From positions 4,625 to 68,624 of IMG/VR virus record IMGVR_UViG_2866783905_000002: a DNA stretch of 64,000 nucleotides; one strand, written 5' to 3'. Below, piece after piece: positions 1 to 9,332 of the stretch. Position 1 is the first letter of the stretch. Each line of letters begins with the position of its first letter. The position numbers and the translations under genes were made by a program. The DNA is from a virus. Lineage: Duplodnaviria; Caudoviricetes. The notes beneath the pieces were generated by a model. That model was not told the origin of the DNA and ran no database searches. It saw only the letters and a list, made by a program, of their open reading frames with translations.

Positions 1-495
1 GGCTTCTACCGCGCCATCGGGATGCGACAGGCGGCCCGCATCAAGGACGCCGACGTGCGGGACACGGTGATCAGGTTCCAGAACTGGGTGTACCGCGAGG
101 TGCTCCCGGAGATCCGCAGGACTGGCGGGTACACGATCGCGCCTCGTACGCCGAGCGACCCGCTGGACCCTGCCACGTACACGTGGGACGAGACGACGGC
201 CGTCGTCCGGCAGCGATACGGCGTGAACGTCTCCGTCGTCCACTTCCGGCGGATCCTCCGCAGCGCCGGCGTCCTGCGCCAGTCGGGCGACCCGAAGTCG
301 AAGTACCAGCCGTGGTTCTGGTTCACCGGCTCGTGCTGGGAGGTTCTCCCGCATTGGATCCCGGCCCTGTTCCACAAGTACATGGACACGTCGGCCAAGC
401 TGCGCGGCTTCGCCCAGGACCAGCTCGGTGCCGACCACGAGCAGATGGCCATCGGCGACGTCATCGACTTTCCCAACGCGGGCGGCGCGTCGTGA
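1..495 (+). CDS. BRO-N family antirepressor-like protein, 5' truncated by window edge
   Basis: Frame open from base 1 (GFYRAIGMRQ...); FQNWVYREVLPEIRRTGGY is the typical end of BRO-N. Confidence 0.8.
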   Translation, partial: GFYRAIGMRQAARIKDADVRDTVIRFQNWVYREVLPEIRRTGGYTIAPRTPSDPLDPATYTWDETTAVVRQRYGVNVSVVHFRRILRSAGVLRQSGDPKSKYQPWFWFTGSCWEVLPHWIPALFHKYMDTSAKLRGFAQDQLGADHEQMAIGDVIDFPNAGGAS

Positions 496-689
496 CCCTC
501 GCCGAGTACCGCGACCAGGTGATTGCTGGCTGGCACGTCCGGTGCGTGTTCCGCGAGCTGGACGACGCCGAAGAGACCGCGGCCGAGCAGCCCACCCCTT
601 GAACGGCTGCGGGCCCAGCAGATGTGACCTGCCGAGCCCGCGATCCCGCTCACACCCCAGTCGGACCACGACTTAAGGAGCTGGAACCA

Positions 690-1091
690 ATGACCACTAT
701 CTCACCTGAGACGACCGGCGTGACGCCGGCGAGCATCCTGGCCGGCGCCAGCAGTGTTCTGGAGCAGCGCGGCAGGTGCACCGACCACTACGAGATCCGC
801 GACGGACAGGTCGACGCGTTCGGCGCGATGGCCCTCGCCGCCGGTGACGACCCTGGCGTGTGGACGGCGCTGTGCTGGGAGCGGACGCACGAGTGGGAGG
901 AGCAGGACCGGGCGCTGGTCGCCGCCGGACACTTCCTCGCCGACGCCGCGACCCCGGGCCTGTGCCCGCCTGACATGCCCGTGGCTGACCTGGTGGAGAC
1001 GCTGAGCATCCGGCTGGACGCCGCGTCCGACGCCGAGGTGTACGACGCGTTCACGAAGGCCGCGCACCTCGCTGAGCAGGAGGCGGCGTGA
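690..1091 (+). CDS. Phage hypothetical protein (DUF6197-like)
   Basis: RBS AAGGAG upstream of ATG 690; ILAGASSVLEQRG...DAFGAMALAAG pattern. Confidence 0.55.
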   Translation: MTTISPETTGVTPASILAGASSVLEQRGRCTDHYEIRDGQVDAFGAMALAAGDDPGVWTALCWERTHEWEEQDRALVAAGHFLADAATPGLCPPDMPVADLVETLSIRLDAASDAEVYDAFTKAAHLAEQEAA

Positions 1092-1321
1092 AGGGCATCC
1101 CCATGACCGGCCCCTCCCTGGTGGTCGGCGACACGCTCGTCTTGGACGACCGCGAGCTGGTCATCACGAAGCTGGTGCCGGCGACTGCCGCTGACGCGAT
1201 CCGGGCCGGAGCCCGCGAGGTGTTCTCCCTCGGCTGGTCGATCACGTTGGAGGGGCGCGACACCGTCAACGTGTTCCCCCGCCACGGCGCCTTCGTCGAG
1301 CAGGCGGGAGTCGCGTCATGA
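1088..1321 (+). CDS. Hypothetical protein
   Basis: Overlapping start/stop coupling with neighbours. Confidence 0.55.
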   Translation: MKGIPMTGPSLVVGDTLVLDDRELVITKLVPATAADAIRAGAREVFSLGWSITLEGRDTVNVFPRHGAFVEQAGVAS

Positions 1322-1641
1322 CCCGCATCCGCGACGAGCTCTTCGACTGCGAGCAGGCCATCCACTACCTGGCAGCTCTGCACTTCAACGGGTTCACGGT
1401 GACGATCCACTCGCCGAAGACGTCCCCCGACGGCCTGTACTGCGTGACCGCGTACGGCCACAAGGGCAAGCGCAACATGGTGTTTCGCGGCTCTCACGCC
1501 CGCCTTCACATGGCGATCCGGCAGGCGGGACGCAAGCTCGGCAAGGACCGCCTGCAGGCGTACATGCTGCACTCACTGGACGCCGGCCTGCTGCTTCTCG
1601 CTGACCAGCCCGCCGAACAGGAAGCGGGAGCGACGCCATGA
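1318..1641 (+). CDS. Hypothetical protein
   Basis: ATGA coupling on both sides. Confidence 0.6.
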   Translation: MTRIRDELFDCEQAIHYLAALHFNGFTVTIHSPKTSPDGLYCVTAYGHKGKRNMVFRGSHARLHMAIRQAGRKLGKDRLQAYMLHSLDAGLLLLADQPAEQEAGATP

Positions 1642-1904
1642 CGGGCCGCTGGTGGACGCGCACCGCCGCCGCGAAGCGCCTAGGCAAGACCCTCGACGAG
1701 GTTGAGGCGCTGATCGCCTCGGGTGACCTGCACCTGGAGTCCATCGCGGGCGACCACGAGGTCATCTCTCAGGCGTCCGTCGAGCAGTACGAGCGGGAGC
1801 ACCCGCGGCCGGCCTTCACCCCGTGGACCCGGGACGACGACCCCGAAGCCTTCCATGACCGCGCGGACTACACCCCCAACGACGAGGGAGAGCAGCTTCA
1901 GTGA
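1638..1904 (+). CDS. Helix-turn-helix DNA-binding protein (excisionase/MerR-like)
   Basis: WTRTAAAKRLGKTLDEVEALIASGDL resembles HTH_17-type motif. Confidence 0.65.
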   Translation: MTGRWWTRTAAAKRLGKTLDEVEALIASGDLHLESIAGDHEVISQASVEQYEREHPRPAFTPWTRDDDPEAFHDRADYTPNDEGEQLQ

Positions 1905-2812
1905 ACTTCACGTTCGAGCCCGCGACCAAGGACGAGGCGAAGGCGCGCATCGCGCTCACCGGCCCGACCGGCTCCGGGAAGACCTACACGGCGCTGACGA
2001 TCGCCACGACGCTCGGGCAGACGGTCGCCGTCATCGACACCGAGCGCGGATCGGCCAGCAAGTACGCCGACGAGTTCCCCTTCTCGCGGCTCAACCTCCA
2101 GTCGTTCGAGCCGATCACCCTGTGCCAGGCCCTTGCCGCTGCCTCAGCGCAGGGTCATGACGTGGTCGTCGTCGACTCGCTGACGCACTTCTGGTCCGGG
2201 ACCGGCGGCATGCTGGAGCAGGTCGACGCCGCGGCCAAGCGCGGCTACGGCGGCAACAGCTTCGGCGGGTGGAAGGAAGCCCGCCCGCAGGAACGCCAGA
2301 TGATCGACGCGCTCGTGTCGTACCCGGGCCACGTCATCGTCACGATGCGGTCCAAGACGGACTACGTCATCGAGGAGGACCAGCGCGGCCGGAAGGTGCC
2401 GCGGAAGGTCGGCCTCAAGCCTGAGCAGCGCGAAGGCATCGAGTACGAGTTCGACATCGTCGGCGACCTCGACCACGAGAACACGCTGGTCATCTCCAAG
2501 TCGCGGGCCCGGACGATCGCCGGCCGGGTGGTCCCGAAGCCGGGAGCGGAGTTCGCGCAGGAGATCGCCGCGTGGCTCGGCGATGGCAAGCCCAACCCGG
2601 ACGCGTTGCACTTCCGGGACCTGCTGCTCGACCAGTACGCCACTCTCGACGACGTCGCCGCGGCTGGTGCGGAGATCCGCAAGCGCGGCCTGTTCGGGGC
2701 GCAGGTGGTCGACGAGCACGACGAGGCGATCCAGCTCGGGGAGTTGGCCCGTCGCCGCTGGTCGGAGCTGTCCAAGGCCAAGCCTGCCGTTGATGGCGGT
2801 GAGGCTGCGTGA
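1901..2812 (+). CDS. AAA-family ATPase, Sak4-like recombination/annealing protein
   Basis: Walker A GPTGSGKT, Walker B VVVVDSLT, IDTERGSAS, EGIEYEFD motifs. Confidence 0.8.
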   Translation: MNFTFEPATKDEAKARIALTGPTGSGKTYTALTIATTLGQTVAVIDTERGSASKYADEFPFSRLNLQSFEPITLCQALAAASAQGHDVVVVDSLTHFWSGTGGMLEQVDAAAKRGYGGNSFGGWKEARPQERQMIDALVSYPGHVIVTMRSKTDYVIEEDQRGRKVPRKVGLKPEQREGIEYEFDIVGDLDHENTLVISKSRARTIAGRVVPKPGAEFAQEIAAWLGDGKPNPDALHFRDLLLDQYATLDDVAAAGAEIRKRGLFGAQVVDEHDEAIQLGELARRRWSELSKAKPAVDGGEAA

Positions 2813-3318
2813 TCGCCAACGATGTGGCGCTGGCCGAGGTCGTGCTGAAGGTCATGACCGAACGCCTCAAGCAGGCCAAAGCCAACGCCGACGCCGAGAT
2901 CCGAACCACCGCCCTGCCTGGGGACCGCACCAACGCGGTGCTGCCGGACGGGACGGTCGCCGGGTCCGTCGGGCAGGCCAAGGGCCGCACCAGCGCCCGG
3001 GTGACTGATCGGGAAAAGTTCGCCGCCTGGGTGGAGGAGACCTACCCGAGCGAGGTGGAGACGGTCACCACCACCGCTGTTCGGCCGGCGTTCGAGAAGG
3101 CCGTCCTGGACGTGTGCAAGAAGGCGGGCCATCCGGTGGACGTCAACGGCTTCGAGGTGCCCGGCATCGAGGTCGGGCAGGGCGAGCCGTACACGATGAC
3201 GAAGGTCGCGGACGGCGCCGAGGATGCTATCGCGGCGGCTTACCAGTCCGGTCAGCTCACGCAGATGCTGGAGCGTTTCACCCGCTCTGCCATTGAGGCG
3301 GGTGAGCGTGGTGAGTGA
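2809..3318 (+). CDS. Phage hypothetical protein (recombination module)
   Basis: Coupled to ATPase; helical N-terminus, VPGIEV motif. Confidence 0.65.
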   Translation: MIANDVALAEVVLKVMTERLKQAKANADAEIRTTALPGDRTNAVLPDGTVAGSVGQAKGRTSARVTDREKFAAWVEETYPSEVETVTTTAVRPAFEKAVLDVCKKAGHPVDVNGFEVPGIEVGQGEPYTMTKVADGAEDAIAAAYQSGQLTQMLERFTRSAIEAGERGE

Positions 3319-3691
3319 CGACCTGACCACACCGGTCGGCATCGAGGCCAGACTGCGCCGCATCGTCACCGATCTGACCATGTCGCAGCAGACGCTGGCC
3401 AAGGTCCGCGACGAAGAGGTGAACGCCAAACACGGCTACGAGGCGGCCCGCCGGCGGGCGCTGTTCTCCGACCACTGCCCGAAGGTCGCCCGCGGCGGCT
3501 ACACGACCGCTGACCGGGACGCCTGGGTGGACGAGCAGGTGAAGAACCAGCGCTACCAGTACGACCTGGCGGTCGCCAAGCGTGAGGCGGCGCAGGACCT
3601 TCTGCGGGTCGTCCGCGACCAGGCGATGGTCGTGATGGCGTTGGCGAACTCGGTTCGGGCCGCCTACCAGGTGGCGGGGAGCGGGCGATGA
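3311..3691 (+). CDS. Coiled-coil phage protein
   Basis: Coupled ORF, helical heptad pattern. Confidence 0.6.
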   Translation: MSDDLTTPVGIEARLRRIVTDLTMSQQTLAKVRDEEVNAKHGYEAARRRALFSDHCPKVARGGYTTADRDAWVDEQVKNQRYQYDLAVAKREAAQDLLRVVRDQAMVVMALANSVRAAYQVAGSGR

Positions 3692-3996
3692 AGCGCACGC
3701 CGATCCGCCGCGTCAGCAAGAAGCGCGAGCAGGAGAACCGCAGGCGCCGGGCGATGGTCCGCAAGCTGTGGCCTGACATGCAGCCCGGCTGCGTCGTGGA
3801 CGGTTGCCCGCGGCTGGCGGATGACGTGCACGAGCCGCTGTCGCGGGGGCGCGGCGGCTCCATCACAGACCCAGGCAACGCCGTCCCGATCTGCCGGCCG
3901 CACCACGACGAGGTCACGTTCGGCGAACCGGAGTGGGCGTACGAGCAGGGCTTGAAGGTCCATTCGTGGGACGCGCCCAAGCGGGAGGCGTCGTGA
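3688..3996 (+). CDS. HNH endonuclease
   Basis: CxxxxC...DDVHEPLSRGRGG...NAVPICRPHH. Confidence 0.8.
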   Translation: MKRTPIRRVSKKREQENRRRRAMVRKLWPDMQPGCVVDGCPRLADDVHEPLSRGRGGSITDPGNAVPICRPHHDEVTFGEPEWAYEQGLKVHSWDAPKREAS

Positions 3997-4192
3997 CGGA
4001 GCTCGAATGCCAGGCCCTGTACGAGACGGGCGAGCGCTGCGGAAAGTGCGCTGGCTGCCTGTGCCTTCAGGACCGATCCGAGTGGCCGAGCAGCGACCTC
4101 GACAGTTCCGCCTGACCCGATGACTTGCCGGTGGGTGACCTATCGGGGGCACCCGCCGGCACTCCAAGACCCTTCTGACCCAGGAGCACCAA

Positions 4193-4681
4193 GTGAGTAA
4201 CCCCTACGCGACCGATACGCCGGCCCTCCCCGCTCTCACCGAAGCAGGCATCGCCCACTTCCGGAAGCTCAACGAGCGCGACGAGAAGGAGCTGGACATC
4301 CTCCGCTCCGAGCGCACCCGCCTCAAGGCGGAGATTGCCAGCATCGACAGCGTCGTGACGGACTTGCACGAGACGATCGGCCGGCGGCAGGCCAAGATGC
4401 GCGGCGACGTCATCGCGCAGCTTCCCCTGGGTGCGGTTCCGCCGAGGAGCAACGGCTCCGACGTGATCGAGCCGACCACGGTTCAAGGGCCGGGCTCGTT
4501 CCCGGAGACGAAGCCGGACGGCCACTGCGTCCACTGCCTGGAGCCGGTGTGGCAGGTGTCGATCAGCCCGGCGAGCCCTAAGGGCTACCGCCACTCGTAC
4601 GGGGCGACGTGCAACCCGGAGGACCCGCACAGCGGCGTCGCCGAGGTCGACGAGGCGGACACAAAGGCGATCCAGTCGTGA
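4193..4681 (+). CDS. Hypothetical protein (coiled coil plus CxxC)
   Basis: RBS AGGAG before GTG; CVHC and TC motifs. Confidence 0.6.
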   Translation: MSNPYATDTPALPALTEAGIAHFRKLNERDEKELDILRSERTRLKAEIASIDSVVTDLHETIGRRQAKMRGDVIAQLPLGAVPPRSNGSDVIEPTTVQGPGSFPETKPDGHCVHCLEPVWQVSISPASPKGYRHSYGATCNPEDPHSGVAEVDEADTKAIQS

Positions 4682-4868
4682 GCCGCCTGTTCTCCCGCCG
4701 TCGTGGCCGCCACTGCCGTCACGGCTCCTACACCGGGTGGGCGGCGCTCTCCCAGATCCGCCCCGCGCAGGGCGACGACTTCTCGCGGCGCCGCACGACC
4801 TCTCTCGCCGTCTTCCCGATGGCTGCCCCCGACTACCCCCACCCCTACGCCTCGAAGGAGAACGCGGC

Positions 4869-5039
4869 ATGAACGTCGTGATGTTCACCTTCGGCCAGCT
4901 GTTCGTGCTCGCGGTGATCACCGGCGTCGTGGGGATCGGCCTGGGCGTACTCATGGCCGCCACCTACCGCAGCCGCCCGACCAGCCGTGTCCGTGCCGCT
5001 GACCTCCACGACGTGTTCGAGGAGAGCGATCGTGACTGA
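4869..5039 (+). CDS. Small membrane protein
   Basis: One hydrophobic segment LFVLAVITGVVGIGLGVLMAA. Confidence 0.55.
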   Translation: MNVVMFTFGQLFVLAVITGVVGIGLGVLMAATYRSRPTSRVRAADLHDVFEESDRD

Positions 5040-5192
5040 GCCGACGCCGCCTCCCGCCTACTGCTGCACCGTCGCCGCGTTCGAGGGCTACGCGGAAGCC
5101 CATCAGGCGGACTGCCCGTACGCCGCGGAGCGCCAGCCGCAGACGGACACCCTGTTCGACCTTCCCGAGCTCAAGAGAGGAGGGCAGCACCT

Positions 5193-6233
5193 GTGAGCGC
5201 TGCTATTCGGACGCTCAGCCTCGGGGCCGGCGTCCAATCGACCGCCCTGGTACTCCTCGCCTGCGAAGGCAGGATCAAGCCGTTCGACGCTGCGATCTTC
5301 GCCGACACCGGCTGGGAGCCGCAGAGGGTCTACGACCACCTGGACCGGCTCACCGAGTACGCCGACGCCCACGGGCTGCCGATCGTGCGCGTGTCCACGA
5401 GCAACATCCGCGACGACGCCCTCGACCCGGCGCACCGCTTCGTGTCGCTGCCGACCTTCACTCTCGGCCCGTGCCCGACCTGCATCCCGCACGGCCACCT
5501 CGGCTACGTCTACGACCTGCCGCTGCCCGATTACGACGGCGAAGGCCCGTCCACCTACACGGGCACGTGCCCGAAGTGTCGCGGGACCGGCGAAGCGCAG
5601 GGCATGGGCCGGCGCCAGTGCACCAACGAGTACAAGCTGAAGGCGGTCAAGCGGGGCACTAGGGACCTGCTCGGATACCCGCACCCGCAACCGATCCCTC
5701 GCGACGTCTTCGCCGATCAGGCTGTCGGCATCTCCCGCGATGAGATTGGCCGCGCCAAAGACTCCGGCGTGAACTACCTGCGCAGCTACTTCCCCCTCCT
5801 GGACATGCCGGGAGCCGCGGACGGACGGACCGGGTGGACCCGTGCGGACTGCCGCCGCTACCTGAAGGCCCACGGCTGGGGAGCGACACCCCGCTCGGCC
5901 TGCGTCGGCTGCCCGTTCAAGGGAAACCGGGAGTGGCGCGAGATGCGCGACAACCACCCCGAAGAATGGGCTGACGCTGTCGCCTTTGATCACGCCTTAC
6001 GCGCCGTCCCCCGCGAAGACGGGATCCGCGAGTACCTGCACGCCTCCCGCGTCCCGCTGGACGAGGCCCCCATCGACCGCGTGACTGGGCACGAGTGGCG
6101 GTCTCGACAGACGGACGTGTTCGGCCAGATCGCTGACGCCCGGCTGGAGAACGGCGACCCGGACGGCTGCTCCCCGTGGGCGTGCCGCTCTGGTGAGCCC
6201 GTGGTTGCGGCGGAGGTGCCTGATGGCGCCTGA
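5193..6233 (+). CDS. PAPS-reductase-like / adenine-nucleotide alpha-hydrolase family protein with inserted CxxC...CxxCxGxG zinc finger
   Basis: LSLGAGVQST PP-loop-like motif, FADTGWE, CTNEYK, SACVGCPF. Confidence 0.7.
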   Translation: MSAAIRTLSLGAGVQSTALVLLACEGRIKPFDAAIFADTGWEPQRVYDHLDRLTEYADAHGLPIVRVSTSNIRDDALDPAHRFVSLPTFTLGPCPTCIPHGHLGYVYDLPLPDYDGEGPSTYTGTCPKCRGTGEAQGMGRRQCTNEYKLKAVKRGTRDLLGYPHPQPIPRDVFADQAVGISRDEIGRAKDSGVNYLRSYFPLLDMPGAADGRTGWTRADCRRYLKAHGWGATPRSACVGCPFKGNREWREMRDNHPEEWADAVAFDHALRAVPREDGIREYLHASRVPLDEAPIDRVTGHEWRSRQTDVFGQIADARLENGDPDGCSPWACRSGEPVVAAEVPDGA

Positions 6234-6417
6234 CCTGACCGCCCTGGAGCGGCCGACGGACGCGGAACTGGACGCCCGAGTGGCCCGCGCTGTCGCCCAC
6301 CACAACCGCCAGCACGCCCGCGTCGACCTCGCCGCCGAGCTTGTGGAGCTCGCCGCGCAACTCCTGGCCACCCCCACCCCCCACGTTGAGAAGGAGAAGA
6401 CCAGTGGCGACGCCTAA
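6223..6417 (+). CDS. Hypothetical protein
   Basis: RBS GGAGG, coupled ORF. Confidence 0.5.
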   Translation: MAPDLTALERPTDAELDARVARAVAHHNRQHARVDLAAELVELAAQLLATPTPHVEKEKTSGDA

Positions 6418-6868
6418 CTGGAACTGGACCGAGCGTGCCGCGTGCCGCGGCGCGGACCTGCTGCTGTTCTTCGGCCGGCCCGGCGAGCGGATCGACGAGC
6501 GGCAGGCGCGTGAGGCGAGGGCGACCGCGATCTGCGGGCGCTGCCCCGTGCAGCAGACCTGCCTTCAGGGTGCGTTCGAGCGCAATGAGGGCGCGGGAGT
6601 TTGGGGTGGCCTCGGGGAGGACGAGAGGCGCTCCAGGCGCCGCGCGTGGCAGAGGAGAACCTCCTACGAGAGGCGTGCGGACACCGCAGAAACGGAGCCC
6701 GTCACGGCGAAGTGGTGCCCCGCCTGCACTGAGACGAAGCCTGCCGGCGACTTCCCGAAGGACCGCCGCCAGTCCGATGGCCTCAACCGGTACTGCAAGC
6801 CGTGCACCAACGAGGCCAACCGCGAGGTGCGGGCGCGTCAGCGGCAGCAGAAGGAGGCGGTGGCGTGA
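6404..6868 (+). CDS. whiB: WhiB-family transcription factor fused to C-terminal zinc ribbon
   Basis: WTERAAC...CGRCPVQQTC...GVWGG; C-terminal CPAC...YCKPC. Confidence 0.88.
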   Translation: MATPNWNWTERAACRGADLLLFFGRPGERIDERQAREARATAICGRCPVQQTCLQGAFERNEGAGVWGGLGEDERRSRRRAWQRRTSYERRADTAETEPVTAKWCPACTETKPAGDFPKDRRQSDGLNRYCKPCTNEANREVRARQRQQKEAVA

Positions 6869-7314
6869 TGGCCACGGAAGCGATGATCGACCTGGCTGTC
6901 TATCAGCCGAGCCGATCGGTCGGCGGCTACAACGCGGACGCGACCCTGCACCGGGCGCGCGGCTCCGAGGACGTGGAGCAGGCGGAGCGCGCCGCGGCGG
7001 CGCGCGTGATCGTCCAGCTGGTGCTGGGCCGCCACGAGTGCGCCCTCCTCCCGGTCTGCCCGGAGCACGGCAGCGACGTGTGCGACTGCCGGCCCTGCAC
7101 CCACCCCGACCATGCATCTGACATGGAGTTGGCGGGGGAGGCGCTGCGGGCATTCGGTCTGGTCGAGCACGAGCGGGTCGAGCGCAAGTCCTGCGTCACC
7201 TGCTTCAGATCGAAGCCGATCTCCCAGTTCTCCCGGATCAACGACACGTGCAAGGTGTGCCTGTCGGCGAAGAAGAAGGCCAAGGAGAGGGCGAAAGAGG
7301 CGGGGCGGGCGTGA
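6868..7314 (+). CDS. Hypothetical Cys-rich protein with C-terminal zinc ribbon
   Basis: CVTC...CKVC motif. Confidence 0.6.
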   Translation: MATEAMIDLAVYQPSRSVGGYNADATLHRARGSEDVEQAERAAAARVIVQLVLGRHECALLPVCPEHGSDVCDCRPCTHPDHASDMELAGEALRAFGLVEHERVERKSCVTCFRSKPISQFSRINDTCKVCLSAKKKAKERAKEAGRA

Positions 7315-8135
7315 TGACCGAGCACTCGCACGGGACCTTGTCCCGCTACCGGACCGGCCGTTGCCGCTGCCGGCCGTGCAAGGACGCGAAGTCCGCCTAC
7401 GGCCGGCACCGGAGCCGCATGATCGCCTACGGCCAGTGGGAGACGTACGTCGACGCTGAGACGTCCCGCCAGCACGTCAAGGAACTGATGGCTGCCGGGA
7501 TGACACGCGGCCGCATTTCCGTCCTGTCCGGGGTCACGCTGACCACGCTGGCCAAGCTGCTGACCGGCACCCCATCGAACGGCGGGAAGCCTGCACGGCG
7601 GGTACTGGCCAGAACGGAGAAGGCTCTTCTCGCGGTCCGGGCCAACCTTGACGACCTGCCCGACACGGCTCTCGTGGACGCGGCCGGGACCCGCCGGCGC
7701 GTGCAGTCGTTGGCGGCGCTCGGATACACGCTGAAGGAGCAAGCCGAGGCGATCGGCAGATTCCCGACGAATTATCAGAGGATCGCCTCTCAGCCCTTCG
7801 TGTCCGCCAGGGTGGCCCGAGCGGTTCGAGACCTGTACGACGCCTGGTCGATGACGCCGCCTCCGCAGACGTGGACGTCGGAACGCACCCGCCGGCACGC
7901 GGCTAAGCGTGGTTGGTTGCCGCCGCTCGCCTGGGATGACGACCTGATCGACCTCACCGACGAAGCGTTGGCTGCAGCTCTTCGTGAGCGGGTTGAGCAG
8001 ATGTCGGATCGGGATCTGGTTCGCGCCCACACCGCCCGCTATCGGGACGGCGACACGACGCCCCTGACCCTCGAAGCGTCGAGGGAGTACAAGCGGCGTG
8101 TGAAGGCCCGGCAGAGGCTGGGGGAGGCGTCGTGA
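7314..8135 (+). CDS. Phage DNA-binding protein with Zn motif and tandem HTH
   Basis: HGTLSRY...CRCRPC; GMTRGRISVLSGV and GYTLKEQAEAIG HTH-like segments. Confidence 0.65.
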   Translation: MTEHSHGTLSRYRTGRCRCRPCKDAKSAYGRHRSRMIAYGQWETYVDAETSRQHVKELMAAGMTRGRISVLSGVTLTTLAKLLTGTPSNGGKPARRVLARTEKALLAVRANLDDLPDTALVDAAGTRRRVQSLAALGYTLKEQAEAIGRFPTNYQRIASQPFVSARVARAVRDLYDAWSMTPPPQTWTSERTRRHAAKRGWLPPLAWDDDLIDLTDEALAAALRERVEQMSDRDLVRAHTARYRDGDTTPLTLEASREYKRRVKARQRLGEAS

Positions 8136-8140
8136 CGACC

Positions 8141-8350
8141 TCAGCCGGCGGCGTCTTCGGTGATCCGCTTGACGATGGCCCGGATGGTCTCTCGGGACCA
8201 TCCGGTGACCTCGGCCACGTCGATGATCTGCCACTCGCCGGAAGTCACCGCACGGGCGATCTCCTGATCCAGCTCGCGTCGGGCCTGCTCAAGACGCTCT
8301 TGAGCTGTCTTGTGGGCTCGAATCTTCGCCACCAGGGTTCCCGTCGCCAT
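8141..8350 (-). CDS. Small HTH regulator on opposite strand
   Basis: WQIIDVAEVTGWSRETIRAIV HTH. Confidence 0.7.
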   Translation of the reverse strand: MATGTLVAKIRAHKTAQERLEQARRELDQEIARAVTSGEWQIIDVAEVTGWSRETIRAIVKRITEDAAG

Positions 8351-8522
8351 ACGCACATCTTCGCATGTCAGTGTCATGCAATTCAGTTTGCCATAGAGAA
8401 CGCAAAGCTGCTTGGCGTATAGTAGGGACAAGTTGCTTACCGGTACGGGGTGGGGGAGCGGCTATGCGTCAGCTCCGCCCCTCCATCTCCCACAACTACG
8501 AGCACTAACCGGGGAACCACGA

Positions 8523-9332
8523 ATGACCTTGCGTCCGGTCGATCCGTTCGAGTGGCGTCGGATTGTGCGACGTTGCCGGCTCGGCGCGACGACCAAGCAT
8601 GTGGCGTCAGTCCTGGCGGACTACGCGAGCCCGGACGGGTCGGATGTCCGGCCGGGCAACGATCGACTCGTCGCGGTGACGGAGCTCGGGGAGAAGACGG
8701 TCCGGCGAGCTCTGGACAAGCTGCGGACGGTCGGCCTGATCCTTCGCGTGTTTGAGGGGTCGAAGCAGGGCCGGCGTGCGCTGGCAGACGAGTACCGGTT
8801 GACGGTCCCGGACGACCTCTCGGATCGGGTGGAGATGCTCGGCCCGGACGAGCGAGCACCGGTCAAGGTGACCGGTGATAAGCCGTCGAATCCTGTGGAT
8901 AACCCAGTGGATAACGCCGAAACACCGGTCACTGAGACCGCTGATCCTGACCTGTACGACGTAGAACACCGGTCACTGGAGACCGGAACACCGGTCACTG
9001 AGTCCAGGAACACCGGTCACGGTGACCGCCCACCTAACCAAGCACCTACCAACACACCTACCAACAACTCAAATGACCGTGATCACTTCGGTTCCGTGGA
9101 AGGGAACGACGAAGCGGCTGAGCCGAAAAGCGATCAAGGTTTGAGTTACTCCGAGGCGTTCAAGATCAACAGCTCGCTCGGGGCTGAGATCGAAACCTTC
9201 GTCCTCGCAGTCAAGGCCGACGCCATCGAATACGGCCTCGAACCGCCGAGCGGGCAAGCCCTCGCGGTCGCCGTAGCCAAACTCGCCCTCCTCAAGTACC
9301 CCCAGTTGCTTCCCGAACGGAGAACCGCATGA
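8523..9332 (+). CDS. Replication initiator (N-terminal winged HTH, lambda O/RepA-like)
   Basis: VASVLADYASPDGSDVRPG...TELGEKTVRRALDKLRTVGLI; contains iterons; precedes helicase-like gene. Confidence 0.8.
   Translation: MTLRPVDPFEWRRIVRRCRLGATTKHVASVLADYASPDGSDVRPGNDRLVAVTELGEKTVRRALDKLRTVGLILRVFEGSKQGRRALADEYRLTVPDDLSDRVEMLGPDERAPVKVTGDKPSNPVDNPVDNAETPVTETADPDLYDVEHRSLETGTPVTESRNTGHGDRPPNQAPTNTPTNNSNDRDHFGSVEGNDEAAEPKSDQGLSYSEAFKINSSLGAEIETFVLAVKADAIEYGLEPPSGQALAVAVAKLALLKYPQLLPERRTA
8856..9075. repeat. Putative origin: iterons AACACCGGTCAC x4, two DnaA-box-like 9-mers, AC-rich repeats
   Basis: AACACCGGTCAC at 8921, 8965, 8987, 9009; TGTGGATAA 8894-8902 and AGTGGATAA 8906-8914; CACCTA(A)CCAA x3 after about 9031. 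Confidence 0.8.
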
